The position numbers and the translations under genes are program-made. A model generated the notes under the pieces. That model did not search any database. It was given only the letters and a program-made list of their open reading frames with translations, and was not told where the DNA came from. Positions 11,301 to 19,743 of a stretch of 64,000 nt of DNA are shown here, piece after piece. Within the stretch, counting starts at the first letter, position 1, and each line of letters opens with the position of its first letter. The DNA comes from a bacterium (GTDB taxonomy: Bacteria; SZUA-182; DTGQ01; JAFGSM01), in assembly GCA_049472315.1 (NCBI GenBank), contig JBLIRN010000015.1, positions 2,598-66,597 on the forward strand. The letters run 5' to 3'.

Positions 11301-11823
11301 GCACGTTGGTCACCAGGGTTACCCGCAGGACGTCCTCCTCCCGGGTGACCGCACCTGCCAGAAGGCCATTCTCGAACCGGTAGAGGTGCTCGAACATCAC
11401 GGTTTTCTGAGCGATCTCCCCTTTAAGGACATTGGATGGGGAGGACGGCACCTTGAGGGCGGGCAATTCGATACGGTAATTCTCTCCGTTGTTGTTATCC
11501 CAGGATTCCTCCTCCGGAAAGAAGAGGACAAAATCGATGAGGGAAAAGTCCGGGGACAGGGGGAGCCGAATGTGGATACGCCCCTCGCCGTCATCGAGAC
11601 TGAAGGGGGTTTGTACCGCGTCCGGGCCGATCTGCCGTGTGCCCTCGGGCCAGTATGTGCGTGGCGGAATTCTCCATGGTGCTTTGGGGTAGCGGCTGAG
11701 CCCCCAGTGAAGGAGACAGCGCCTCCTGGGATTCAACCGCAGGAATACCTCGATCCCATGGGCGGCAATGTGCTTTTCCACATGGAGCCTGAGCCCCTTT
11801 CCTGTTTCTATTTCCTCAGTCAC
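8302..11823 (-). CDS. alpha-glucan, water dikinase (GWD/R1-like; starch/glycogen phosphorylating dikinase)
   Basis: ORF 8302..11985. Probable start is the GTG at 11823, preceded by an AGGA RBS (MTEEIETGK...). The phosphohistidine domain (TAETVDCVSHIAIRARNTG) is followed by a C-terminal nucleotide-binding domain; this is the GWD order, not the PEP-synthase order. Long C-terminal block is near-identical in pattern to plant GWD: WASKWNERAYLSRRAWG, MAVLIQEVVKADYAFVIHTASPFTGN, YAEVVVGLGETLVGN, FRSDSNAEDLAGYAGAGLYDS, LPQDIEGAYARGECFVVQARPQ. Confidence 0.85.
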   Translation of the reverse strand: MTEEIETGKGLRLHVEKHIAAHGIEVFLRLNPRRRCLLHWGLSRYPKAPWRIPPRTYWPEGTRQIGPDAVQTPFSLDDGEGRIHIRLPLSPDFSLIDFVLFFPEEESWDNNNGENYRIELPALKVPSSPSNVLKGEIAQKTVMFEHLYRFENGLLAGAVTREEDVLRVTLVTNVPGPLILHWGVTRQNRRDEWSLPAPSIRPPGTIVFQRSAARTPFSEREGINRIRLEFGRTHAPQGISFLLWQPDTGYWIRNNGRNFSMPLRDISYQSSWGASPLLSGIAAEIIHAETRSGSWSLMHRYNLAFDLLERVGEDIEGLALLYGWLRLSAIRQLTWQRHYNTQPRELSHALDRLTLRLADNFRKGGEKLREWIRLIMTTLGRGGEGQRIRDEFLNIMHRHRIKEVAGNFLEEWHQKLHNNATPDDIVISEAYLDFLRSGGDLDLFYATLEEGGVGRSRLGGFERPILTEPEFYPDIQEALIDDFERYLKILKSVYSATDLENAMESAEPHLDKRTNAQLRFIWRHRDTAAASLTDLLSRITMVRTHINESLHTGESPEQIRDLLFLDLSLEGLLRSAAERNLHHNFDRSQLVEIIGLVLTNMILTRDDEEIAACCRHWDRLMEDRRLDREWSLQAASVLERLERALGAFIDALSQHIQPVAESLGDALRAESWSITLFSEEVVRGGLAFILSQFVRHLTPVLRTLAELGNWQIISPGSGEGTVMVVDRLRSIQGRVFSTPTVVVARGITGEEEIPEGINALLTAETVDCVSHIAIRARNTGLLFAACYDKDTMDRIAALEGQYIRLTSSASGEVLMAEGQGKKRKAEQASPRMRRTLLTRPNMSLQVDTRARPVGLEYFRREVVGGKSFNLKRLADALPAWIHIPASVALPFGTFDMVLSDRKNHVIAQRYADLTGRIGRHPAKTLQEVRSCLMLLEQPEGFMPSLKGTMEEAGLRFRGDWNHIWECIKRVWASKWNERAYLSRRAWGLRHRDLFMAVLIQEVVKADYAFVIHTASPFTGNRHELYAEVVVGLGETLVGNHPGRALGFVSNKGHPEPQVLSYPSKGTGIFGAGLIFRSDSNAEDLAGYAGAGLYDSILSRPSRRVVLDYSHEPLVQDENFRRDLLLGITRTGIETEHALGLPQDIEGAYARGECFVVQARPQVGLTEWKDERDR

Positions 11824-12006
11824 ATCTTTTATCCTAATGATTCCTTGGAGTTTTTGACATGCGGGAGCACACCACACATATCCCGGATGACGGCCGTGCA
11901 AGGGTATACGGGGTCCGAGGAATGACGGAATCGCATTTATTCTATAGCAGCGGAAAAGGAAAAGTCCAGCATACACAAAATGCATGAAACAGCCGGCGAG
12001 GATGGG

Positions 12007-12215
12007 AAATGGGGTCAGGTCTTGAATTGACAGTTTTTTCCCGGGTAAAGATTTTTATTTTTTGTTGCGAAAATAGATTTTCATGCTTCGTGGTGCCACA
12101 AAGTGGCATGAGCGTTTGCTCCGAAAATAGAATCATATTTTCATGCTTCTTGGTGCCACAAAGGGATATGAGCGTTTGTTGTTAAAAACTGTCAATTCAA
12201 GACCTGACCCCATTT
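12007..12215. repeat. MITE-like element: 32-bp perfect terminal inverted repeats (AAATGGGGTCAGGTCTTGAATTGACAGTTTTT) flanking a ~145-bp core with two tandem ~50-bp hairpin-containing direct repeats
   Basis: IR-L at 12007..12038 and IR-R at 12184..12215 are perfect reverse complements. The core holds DR1 at about 12068..12118 and DR2 at about 12121..12178. Both copies share GAAAATAG...TTTTCATGCTTC.TGGTGCCACAAAG.G.ATGAGCGTTTG, with an embedded GCCAC-AAA-GTGGC hairpin in DR1. Located between tsaC and the dikinase gene. ORFs 11942..12136(-) and 12143..12364(+) are artefacts of this repeat. Confidence 0.6.
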
Positions 12216-12284
12216 TGTTATGTCTGATTATTTACTATTTCGCCCGGGCACCCGGATGCGGGGCCAAAATGCACAGAGAGGCCC

Positions 12285-12905
12285 CTAGAGAAAAGGAAAA
12301 GGAATGCCCTTCCCCTCCCGCAGCACCTTCACCTCTTCGCCTGAGAGATCCACCAGGGTGGTAGGCTCGGTCCCGCAGAATCCACCATCGATGATGAGAT
12401 CCACCTGCCTGTCCAGCCGCTCCCGTATCTCCTCCGGGTCCCTCATGGGGGATTCGTCTCCCGGGATGATCAGGGTGGTGGTGAGCATCGGCTCGTGCAA
12501 CTCGGCAAGCAGGGCTTGAACGATGCGATGGTCGGGGATGCGTATCCCGATGGTCTTTCTCTTCGGATGCAGCAGCCTTCGGGGCACTTCTTTGGTGGCC
12601 CTGAGGATGAAGGTGTAGGGACCGGGGGTATTCGTCCTGAGGAGGCGGAAGACCGGGGTATCGAACCGCGCGTATATCCTGGCCTCCGAAAGATTCCTGC
12701 AGATGAGGGTGAAATTGTGTTTTTCGGTAAGGTTGCGAATCTGGCAGATCCTCTCCTGTGCGGCCTTGTCTCCGATGTGGCATCCGAGCGCATAGGTCGA
12801 GTCGGTGGGATAGACCACCACCCCGCCGTTGCGTATGATCTCCACCGCCTGATCAATGAGCCTTATCTGGGGAGTGTCAGGGTGGACCACCAGGAACTGA
12901 CTCAT
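12285..12905 (-). CDS. tsaC: L-threonylcarbamoyladenylate synthase (YrdC/Sua5/TsaC family)
   Basis: YrdC-domain motifs VVVYPTDSTYALGC and K..R..P.....LL. Length ~206 aa, typical of TsaC. Confidence 0.85.
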   Translation of the reverse strand: MSQFLVVHPDTPQIRLIDQAVEIIRNGGVVVYPTDSTYALGCHIGDKAAQERICQIRNLTEKHNFTLICRNLSEARIYARFDTPVFRLLRTNTPGPYTFILRATKEVPRRLLHPKRKTIGIRIPDHRIVQALLAELHEPMLTTTLIIPGDESPMRDPEEIRERLDRQVDLIIDGGFCGTEPTTLVDLSGEEVKVLREGKGIPFPFL

Positions 12906-13104
12906 CTTCTGACCTCATCCCTTTCATCTGAACATCTCCCGTCTTTTCTTTATCGTAATCCGGGGATTGCTCCGCAAGCACGCCGGGCATCATAACGGCT
13001 TGTGGTCCGATCGTGCTGGTGTAAGCTGTATCCCCCGGTTATGGCCTCTTCAGCGAATGCAGCGATGATTCTCCGCCTGTGTGCCCACGGGTGGATGCGG
13101 ATGC

Positions 13105-14112
13105 TCAGGTCTTCCCTTTGGACCCCAAGGCAGTACAGAGGGACTCCGCTGCAACAGAGATCCGGTTGCGCCCACCGTTTTTTGCCTGATAGAGGCCGTG
13201 GTCCGCATCAGCAATGACCTCTCTCCAGGAACCCTTGGCTGTGCAGTCGGCGATGCCTCCGCTTATGGTAACAACCTTAAAAGGGGTTTTGCAATGGGGA
13301 ATGGCAAGAAGCTCTATATCCTTGATGACCCGTTCGGCAAAGGTAACGGCGCCTTCCGGCAGGGTTTCCGGCAACAGGAGGAGAATTTCGTCACCGCCGT
13401 AGCGGTAGAGGCGGTCGACCTTACGGGTGTTGACCTGAAGGAACTCGGATATTCGTTTGAGGAGACGGTCCCCAGCGGGATGTCCATAGTGGTCGTTGTA
13501 GAGCTTGAAATTATCGATGTCGAAGAGCACCACGGAATAAGGGCGCCTGTACCGAAGGTTCAGGGCATGGGTAAGTTCCAGGTCCACCTCCATGGCACGG
13601 CGGTTTCCGATATGCAGGAGGGAGTCTTCAAGGGAGAGGGCCTTGAGTTTTTCATTTGCATCCATGAGTTCCCGTATCCGCTGCTCGATGGATTCCTCGA
13701 TGGAGGTTCGCTGTGTATCCAGTATGTGGAAATAGGCCTTGACCAGATCCGACTGGGTGATGAGCCCTGCAAGCTCACCCTTTGAGTCCACCACGATGAG
13801 GTGCCTGATCTTCTGTACCCGGGTGATGGAAAGGGCATTGAAGAGCGTTTCGGTATCGTTGATGGTTATGGGAGGCGATGACATGACGTTGTATGCCTTC
13901 TTGGTGGGTTTTTTTGCCTTGTCGACCACATCCGTGAGAAAGCGCACCAGGTCCCTCTCGGTGATGATGCCCAGGGGGACGTTTCGCTCCTCGATCACCA
14001 CGCACGAGCAGTTCTTTTCCCTCAGGACATGGAGGATATCCTGTATGGAGGTGTCCGGAGAAACGGAGACGACCTGGCAGGTCATCAGGTTTTTTATGAG
14101 AATATCCTGCAC
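13105..14112 (-). CDS. CBS-pair domain-containing diguanylate cyclase (GGDEF)
   Basis: N-terminal tandem CBS domains (VVSVSPDTSIQDIL..., VMSSPPITINDTETL...). C-terminal GGDEF domain with RYGGDEI active site and VVLFDIDNFKLYNDHYGHPAGD. Confidence 0.85.
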   Translation of the reverse strand: MQDILIKNLMTCQVVSVSPDTSIQDILHVLREKNCSCVVIEERNVPLGIITERDLVRFLTDVVDKAKKPTKKAYNVMSSPPITINDTETLFNALSITRVQKIRHLIVVDSKGELAGLITQSDLVKAYFHILDTQRTSIEESIEQRIRELMDANEKLKALSLEDSLLHIGNRRAMEVDLELTHALNLRYRRPYSVVLFDIDNFKLYNDHYGHPAGDRLLKRISEFLQVNTRKVDRLYRYGGDEILLLLPETLPEGAVTFAERVIKDIELLAIPHCKTPFKVVTISGGIADCTAKGSWREVIADADHGLYQAKNGGRNRISVAAESLCTALGSKGKT

Positions 14113-14218
14113 CTTCTCCTCTCCTCGCTTTACATTGCAGTGTCGAGGTGCCCTTGATCATTGATAGGGCTCCACTTCTTGTTTCGGCCATTTCACGCGG
14201 AATGGACGAGGGGGGGGA

Positions 14219-14725
14219 TCATCCGGGGATTATTCTTCTCCGGATCAGGCAGAAGAGGAGGAGCATCAGGACGGCGATCGCAGAGGGCCAGAGATGGAAG
14301 AGGCGCTTCTTTTTATAGATGATAACGAGCGCATGGGTGGTGAAGATAAAGGATACCAGGAGGATGGCATAGCTGAGGTATTTCATCGACAAGTCGGCGG
14401 TGGCGGTGTTGGCCTGCAGCATCAATGCGCGTTCGGCGCACCATATGAAATAGAGTGTGGTGATCCCTTGTGCCGACAAGGGGATGAGGAAGTGCCGCCT
14501 GCCCCATCCTGCCCTGTAAAAGTGCGCCAGGAAGATGCCGAATGCAACCCAGGGCACCATCAGGGCGAGTCCATAGCACAGGGCGATTCCCCATGGGGAA
14601 TGCGCGAGGGAGCCGACCACAAGCATGACGACAATGGTCGCGGCAAGAAAGGGAAGGGTATCCCACGCCTCCTTCGCGTACGTCATATCCATCTCCTGCA
14701 TTCTGAACCTTTCCGGAGCATGCAT
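14219..14725 (-). CDS. hypothetical integral membrane protein
   Basis: Four to five hydrophobic helices. True start is probably an internal Met near 14701..14686. No recognisable family. Confidence 0.5.
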   Translation of the reverse strand: MHAPERFRMQEMDMTYAKEAWDTLPFLAATIVVMLVVGSLAHSPWGIALCYGLALMVPWVAFGIFLAHFYRAGWGRRHFLIPLSAQGITTLYFIWCAERALMLQANTATADLSMKYLSYAILLVSFIFTTHALVIIYKKKRLFHLWPSAIAVLMLLLFCLIRRRIIPG

Positions 14726-14783
14726 GAATCGATTGTGCCACTATACCCCATCCCCCACGATAAATAAAGGTGGTGATGCCGGA

Positions 14784-15164
14784 TCATTCCTCGGCATAAT
14801 ATACACCAGGGATCCAGCTCTTGCGTATCCTCACCGTCTTTTCTTCTTCAGCAGCGGTCTCTTCTACGAATTTGAAGGTGTTCCATCCTATACGAATCAG
14901 ATCTCCGTTTCGCAGCAGGGCCCGGGTGACCTTGTTGCCGTTTACATAGGTGCCGTTCGTGCTTCCGAGATCCTTGAGGCAATATAATGTGCCCCGTTCC
15001 CGGTCGGGGTCTTTTGTTGATTCAATCACTGCATGTTCGATGCTGACCACCGTGTCGTCGATGAGGATCTCACTATCCGCCTTGCGGCCTATGCGCAGGA
15101 GGGGCTTGTTGATGGGGAACCTCTTTATCGCCACGTCATCGTTTAAGAGAATGATGCTCGCCAT
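14784..15164 (-). CDS. FHA domain-containing protein
   Basis: FHA signature segments: IGRKADSEILIDDTVVSIEHAVIE, YCLKDLGSTNGTYVNGNKV, DLIRIG. Confidence 0.7.
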   Translation of the reverse strand: MASIILLNDDVAIKRFPINKPLLRIGRKADSEILIDDTVVSIEHAVIESTKDPDRERGTLYCLKDLGSTNGTYVNGNKVTRALLRNGDLIRIGWNTFKFVEETAAEEEKTVRIRKSWIPGVYYAEE

Positions 15165-15289
15165 GGTAAATCCCCCTGTACAAGAGTTGGTGTCTATTAC
15201 TTTGATCGGAATATGCCCCTCTTTTAATCTTGGTGAGGTAATCCCCTCTTCGACCTGTGCGGTGGGGAACCTTGTGAGCGGGCCGAGCC

Positions 15290-16030
15290 CTATCGTCCGA
15301 ATACCCTCCTGAGGAGATCGGTGGTCCGCGCAGTGGGGTCTTCGCGAATGCGTTTTTCCTCCTGCCCGAGGATGGTGAAAAGGCCGTCCAGTGCCCGTTC
15401 GGTGACATATGCGTTCAGGTCGATGGCCGGTTTGGTCACGAAGGGAAGGGTGTTGTAGCGGTTGGCGAGGTTCTCATAGATCCGGTAGAAACCCACCTCG
15501 CCCATCTTTGCGGTGACGATAGGCTGAAAACGGGAGCGAAGCATCTCTCCCGTGTGTTCCCGCAGGTAGTCAGTGGCTGCGGTATCCTTGCCCCTCAGAA
15601 TGCCGAAGGCATCAGCGAGGGTCATCTGTGTGATGGCATCCCAGAAGACCTCCCTTGCCTCGCCGGCAGCCTTCTCCGCAGCCCGGTTCATTGCCGTCTC
15701 CAGCGCATCCACCTGGCTGTCAAGGCCGATACTCCTCAATGAACGTGTCATTGGCCGAAGCTGATCAGGAAGCGCGATCCGGATCAGTGCGTTTGCAAGG
15801 TATCCGTCCACCCTGGAGGTGACATCAACCGATCGGGTCGTTCCGATTCGGAGGGCCTCCTTCAGCCCGGCTGCAACCGTTTCTTGGTCTAACGGGGAAT
15901 CCATTACGCCCTTGGCGGAGCGAAGAATTGCATCAAGAGAGTCTCCCTGTATTTCGGCGCAGCCGCAAGCCAGGATGGGAAGCAGGAGCAGGATGCAGCC
16001 GGCCTGCAGGATCATTCGGTTTTTTCTCAT
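15290..16030 (-). CDS. DUF4197-family lipoprotein
   Basis: ORF 15290..16048. Likely start is MRKNRMIL at 16030. Lipobox ILACGC. The GLKEALRIGTTRSVDVTSRVDGYLANALIRIALP pattern is typical of DUF4197. Confidence 0.65.
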   Translation of the reverse strand: MRKNRMILQAGCILLLLPILACGCAEIQGDSLDAILRSAKGVMDSPLDQETVAAGLKEALRIGTTRSVDVTSRVDGYLANALIRIALPDQLRPMTRSLRSIGLDSQVDALETAMNRAAEKAAGEAREVFWDAITQMTLADAFGILRGKDTAATDYLREHTGEMLRSRFQPIVTAKMGEVGFYRIYENLANRYNTLPFVTKPAIDLNAYVTERALDGLFTILGQEEKRIREDPTARTTDLLRRVFGR

Positions 16031-16353
16031 GGTATTCTCTCCATGCATTGAATTGACTCACATGACAATGCGGGAATGCGATGCATCATCCTAATCCATT
16101 CCTTGGTCGTTGTCCACCGGCATTGGATAGGGTGGGATATTCAGGGGGACATTTTTCCCTCTGCTATGCGTATTGGCTGAGGTTTCCCTCCCACGAGGGA
16201 TTCCGAGCAAAGGGTATGCTTATGTCGATAAAGGAAGTAACGTCACCATTCATCGACTGTACACACGGCAACGCTTGTTACTTCATGGCAGTCGATTTTT
16301 TTAGATGAGCGGGAAACCTCAGTCGGGATCGAACATTCAAAAAGATATTCGGT

Positions 16354-19300
16354 ATGGGCAACGGGGGTAAAGGAAAGGGTTCCGATCGTAGTGAATTGAC
16401 TGCATTGTGCCGACGGGTCGCTGCACGCCAGGGTAACGTAGGGGCACGTCGACAGGCATTGAAGGAACACGAGGAGCCCCGCAGGCCTATCAATGAAGGA
16501 ATCCCCGTGTCGGGCATCGAGGATATCGCTGCACGACGGCAGGCCGAGGAGCGACTGAGGGTGAGCGAGGAAAAGTACCGCAGCCTGGTGGAGAACTCCA
16601 ACGACGGCATCTGTATCCTGCAGGACGGCGTGGTCAAATTCGCCAATGCGCATCTTGCCGGTCTTCTCGGGTACACCATGGAAGAGGGCATTGGCAGTTC
16701 CTTTCAGCGGTATGTGTCCCCTGAGGAATTGCCCAAGGTCCAGGAGAGATATGTCTCCCTGGTGAAAGGGGAGAAGGATGAGGCGCGTTTCGAGACCACA
16801 CTGGTGAGCAGGGATGGCCGACGCATCGAAACGGAGCTCAATATAAGTGTCACCTACTACGAGGGCCGCAGATCGATACTTGTTTTCATACGGGATATCA
16901 CCGAACGGCATAGGGCGGAGGAGGCCCTGCGGCAGTCGGAGCGGAAATACCGAGAACTGGTTGAAAACATAAACGATGTCATCTACCGTGTGGATGAAAG
17001 CGGCACCATAGCCTACGTGAGTCCAGCCGTCGAAATCATGTTGGGATACACCCCCGCAGAGGTCGTCAACCACTCCTTCGCCAGGTTTATATACCGGGAG
17101 GATCTGCCGCGGTGTATGAAAAATTTTCAGCATACCCTCGAGGGCAACGTCACCTCGGGAGAATACCGGGTAGTTACGAGAGCCGGATCGATCCGGTGGA
17201 TCAGGACATCCACCAGGCCGGTCATGCAGGGTGAGCGTGTTATTGCCGTAGAAGGGGTGTTGACCGATATCACCGAGAGCAGGGAGGCAGAGGAACTGCT
17301 CAGGGAAAGCGAGGAACGGTACCGTACATTCCTTCAGAATTTCCAGGGGATCGCCTTCCGCCAGCACTTCGATTTTGCCCCGGTTTTTTTCCATGGAAAC
17401 TGCGAAGGGATCACCGGATACCGGGAGAAGGATCTTACGGGCGGGAAGATCAGGTGGAATGACATCGTGCATCCCGAAGACCTCGCCATGTTCTATGAAA
17501 CCGGTATCAGGCTGCATGGAACCCCTGATCAGGCCATCGAGCGACAGTACAGGATTATACGCAAGGACGGGCGGGTTGTATGGGTGCATGAATTCATTCG
17601 GAATATCTGCAACCACAAGGGCAGGCCAGTCATGCTCCAGGGCTCCGTCTATGACATCACCGATCACAAACTGGCTGATCAGGCACTTCAACAGTCCCAA
17701 AACGAGCTGAGCATCCGAAACAGGATCGCCAACATCTTTCTCACCCTCTCCGATGAGGCGATCTATTCGGAAGTGCTCAAGGTGGTGCTCGATGCAGTGG
17801 AAAGCCCCCTGGGATATTTCGGATATATCGATGAAGGCGGGAACCTTGTGTGTCCCATGCTGTCCAGGCACATCCGGGAGCGCTGTCGCATGCCCGGGAA
17901 GGACATCCGGTTTCACAGTGAATCCTGGCGCGGATTGTGGGGCAAATCACTTGCAGAAAAGGGTTCCTTCATCATGAACACGCCTCTTACTGTCCCCGAG
18001 GGGCATCCCCCCATCAACCGGACCCTCATCGTCCCGGTTATTCACAAGGGTGAGGTGATCGGACAGATCGTCGCTGCCAACAGGGACCAGGATTACTCCG
18101 AGGCGGACCTGGGGCTTCTGGAAACCATTGCCCACAGCATCGCCCCCATACTCCATGCCCGGTTACAGGTTGAAAAACAGGAGAAGGAGCGCAGCAGGGC
18201 GGAGACGGAACTCTTCCTGACCAAGTCCCACCTGGAATACCTTCTTCGCTCAGTGCCCGCGGTCATTTACAGCCGCAAGGCGCATGAGGATTGGTCTCCC
18301 ACCTTTGTGAGCGAGAACATCCTCGCACAGATCGGGTATACCCAGGAGGACCTTCTTGCGGATCCCAAATTTTGGATCAATCACGTCCACCCGGAAGACG
18401 TTCAGAGAGTCCTCGTTGGTCTCGAACGGATCATCGATGAGGGGGTGCTGATTCACGAGTATCGGTTTCTTCACCATGATGGCGTATATCACTGGCTGCG
18501 GGACGATTGCAGGCTGGTGCGAGATGCTGCGGGGGCACCCCTTGAAATCGTCGGCTCCCTGATCGATATCACCGAGCACAAGCGTCTGGAGGAACAGTTT
18601 TATCATGCCCAGAAGATGGAGGCCATCGGGATTCTGGCAGGGGGAATTGCCCATGATTTCAATAACCTCCTGCAGGCCATCATGGGATATAGCGACTCCA
18701 TCCTTCTGGATGGTGATGATCCCCAGCAGCACATCCGGGATGTCGAGCAGATAAAGAAGGCGACCGCAAAGGCGGCCTCCCTCACCAGGCAACTCCTTGC
18801 ATTCAGCAGGAAGCAGTCGACTAATCCCGGATTGCTCGATATAAATGCGCTGATTTCGGACATGGGTGCGATGCTCGGGCGGATCATAGGAGAGGACATC
18901 GAGCTTACGGAGATGCTTCAGTCTGATTTGAGGAGTGTGAAGGGGGACCAGGGGCAGATGGAGCAGGTCATCATGAATCTCGTGGTGAATGCACGGGACG
19001 CCATGCCCAAGGGGGGAAGGCTTATCCTTGGTACGGAAAATGTCACGGTGAGGAAGGAGGACTGCCAGGGAATCCCCCATGCGGAACCAGGGGAGTACGT
19101 ATGCCTTTCGGTTGAGGATACAGGGACAGGCATCGACAGGCAGATTATGGATCGTATCTTCGAGCCGTTTTTCAGTACCAAGCATCAGGCGGAGGGTACC
19201 GGCCTGGGGCTTTCCACGGTTTACGGGATCGTCAAACAGCATGGTGGATGGATAACCGTCGAGAGTACCCTAGGAGAGGGGAGCAGGTTCAGGATCTACC

Positions 19301-19743
19301 TGCCCTGTTCCGATTTGAGTGCGAAGGATTCATGGCCGGAGACGGCATCGGTTGCCGATTTGAAGGGAAACGGAGAAAGGATCCTTATTGTGGAGGACGA
19401 GGTATCGGTGCGGGAGCTGGCCAAAAGGGCGCTCTGCAATGCAGGGTATGTGGTCTTTGACGCATCCTGTGTGCAGGATGCCTTGGGCATATTCGAAGGG
19501 GAGGGCGGGAGGTTCGATCTCGTGCTGAGCGACGTGGTCCTCCCTGATCAGAGCGGGCTCTTTTTGACCCGTTGCCTGAAAACCAACGCCGCTTCCTTGA
19601 AGATCATCCTGAGCAGTGGTTACACGGATGAGAAATCACAAAGCAAGATCATCCTGGAGGAGGGGATCGATTTTCTTCAGAAACCCTACACCCTGCGAGA
19701 ACTCCTTAAATGTGTAAAACATTCTATTCAGTCGCCCTCTTGA
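16354..19743 (+). CDS. hybrid sensor histidine kinase/response regulator with multiple PAS domains and a GAF-like domain
   Basis: Four or more PAS/PAC repeats (e.g. ERHRAEEALRQSERKYRELVENINDVIYRVD). HisKA H-box HKRLEEQFYHAQKMEAIGILAGGIAHDFNN. HATPase_c blocks (NLVVNARDAMPKGG, DTGTGID, GTGLGLS). C-terminal REC domain (ILIVEDEVSVRELAK...DLVLSDVVLP). Antisense ORFs 16243..17916 and 18250..19242 are rejected. Confidence 0.9.
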   Translation: MGNGGKGKGSDRSELTALCRRVAARQGNVGARRQALKEHEEPRRPINEGIPVSGIEDIAARRQAEERLRVSEEKYRSLVENSNDGICILQDGVVKFANAHLAGLLGYTMEEGIGSSFQRYVSPEELPKVQERYVSLVKGEKDEARFETTLVSRDGRRIETELNISVTYYEGRRSILVFIRDITERHRAEEALRQSERKYRELVENINDVIYRVDESGTIAYVSPAVEIMLGYTPAEVVNHSFARFIYREDLPRCMKNFQHTLEGNVTSGEYRVVTRAGSIRWIRTSTRPVMQGERVIAVEGVLTDITESREAEELLRESEERYRTFLQNFQGIAFRQHFDFAPVFFHGNCEGITGYREKDLTGGKIRWNDIVHPEDLAMFYETGIRLHGTPDQAIERQYRIIRKDGRVVWVHEFIRNICNHKGRPVMLQGSVYDITDHKLADQALQQSQNELSIRNRIANIFLTLSDEAIYSEVLKVVLDAVESPLGYFGYIDEGGNLVCPMLSRHIRERCRMPGKDIRFHSESWRGLWGKSLAEKGSFIMNTPLTVPEGHPPINRTLIVPVIHKGEVIGQIVAANRDQDYSEADLGLLETIAHSIAPILHARLQVEKQEKERSRAETELFLTKSHLEYLLRSVPAVIYSRKAHEDWSPTFVSENILAQIGYTQEDLLADPKFWINHVHPEDVQRVLVGLERIIDEGVLIHEYRFLHHDGVYHWLRDDCRLVRDAAGAPLEIVGSLIDITEHKRLEEQFYHAQKMEAIGILAGGIAHDFNNLLQAIMGYSDSILLDGDDPQQHIRDVEQIKKATAKAASLTRQLLAFSRKQSTNPGLLDINALISDMGAMLGRIIGEDIELTEMLQSDLRSVKGDQGQMEQVIMNLVVNARDAMPKGGRLILGTENVTVRKEDCQGIPHAEPGEYVCLSVEDTGTGIDRQIMDRIFEPFFSTKHQAEGTGLGLSTVYGIVKQHGGWITVESTLGEGSRFRIYLPCSDLSAKDSWPETASVADLKGNGERILIVEDEVSVRELAKRALCNAGYVVFDASCVQDALGIFEGEGGRFDLVLSDVVLPDQSGLFLTRCLKTNAASLKIILSSGYTDEKSQSKIILEEGIDFLQKPYTLRELLKCVKHSIQSPS

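Noticed and set aside
9367-11925. Plus-strand ORFs 9367..10122, 10171..10938, 10963..11925 and smaller ones inside the GWD locus
   Set aside because: They are antisense to the dikinase gene, whose C-terminal region is strongly GWD-like. They have low-complexity Ala/Gly/Arg-rich translations.
12068-12178. Two ~50-bp direct repeats, considered as a possible CRISPR array
   Set aside because: There are only two copies, contiguous without spacers, and they are embedded between long terminal inverted repeats. No cas genes are present. This is not a CRISPR array.
11942-12364. ORFs 11942..12136(-) and 12143..12364(+), both containing KTVNSRPDPI
   Set aside because: They are mirror-image artefacts generated by the 32-bp terminal inverted repeats of the MITE-like element.
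16243-19242. Long minus-strand ORFs 16243..17916 (557 aa) and 18250..19242 (330 aa)
   Set aside because: They are antisense to the multi-PAS hybrid kinase, which has unmistakable PAS, HisKA, HATPase and REC motifs on the plus strand. They have no recognisable domains and are typical high-GC antisense artefacts.
19724-19743. 20-bp overlap of the convergent 3-prime ends of the kinase and the serine-hydrolase genes
   Set aside because: Short convergent overlaps are common and not informative by themselves.
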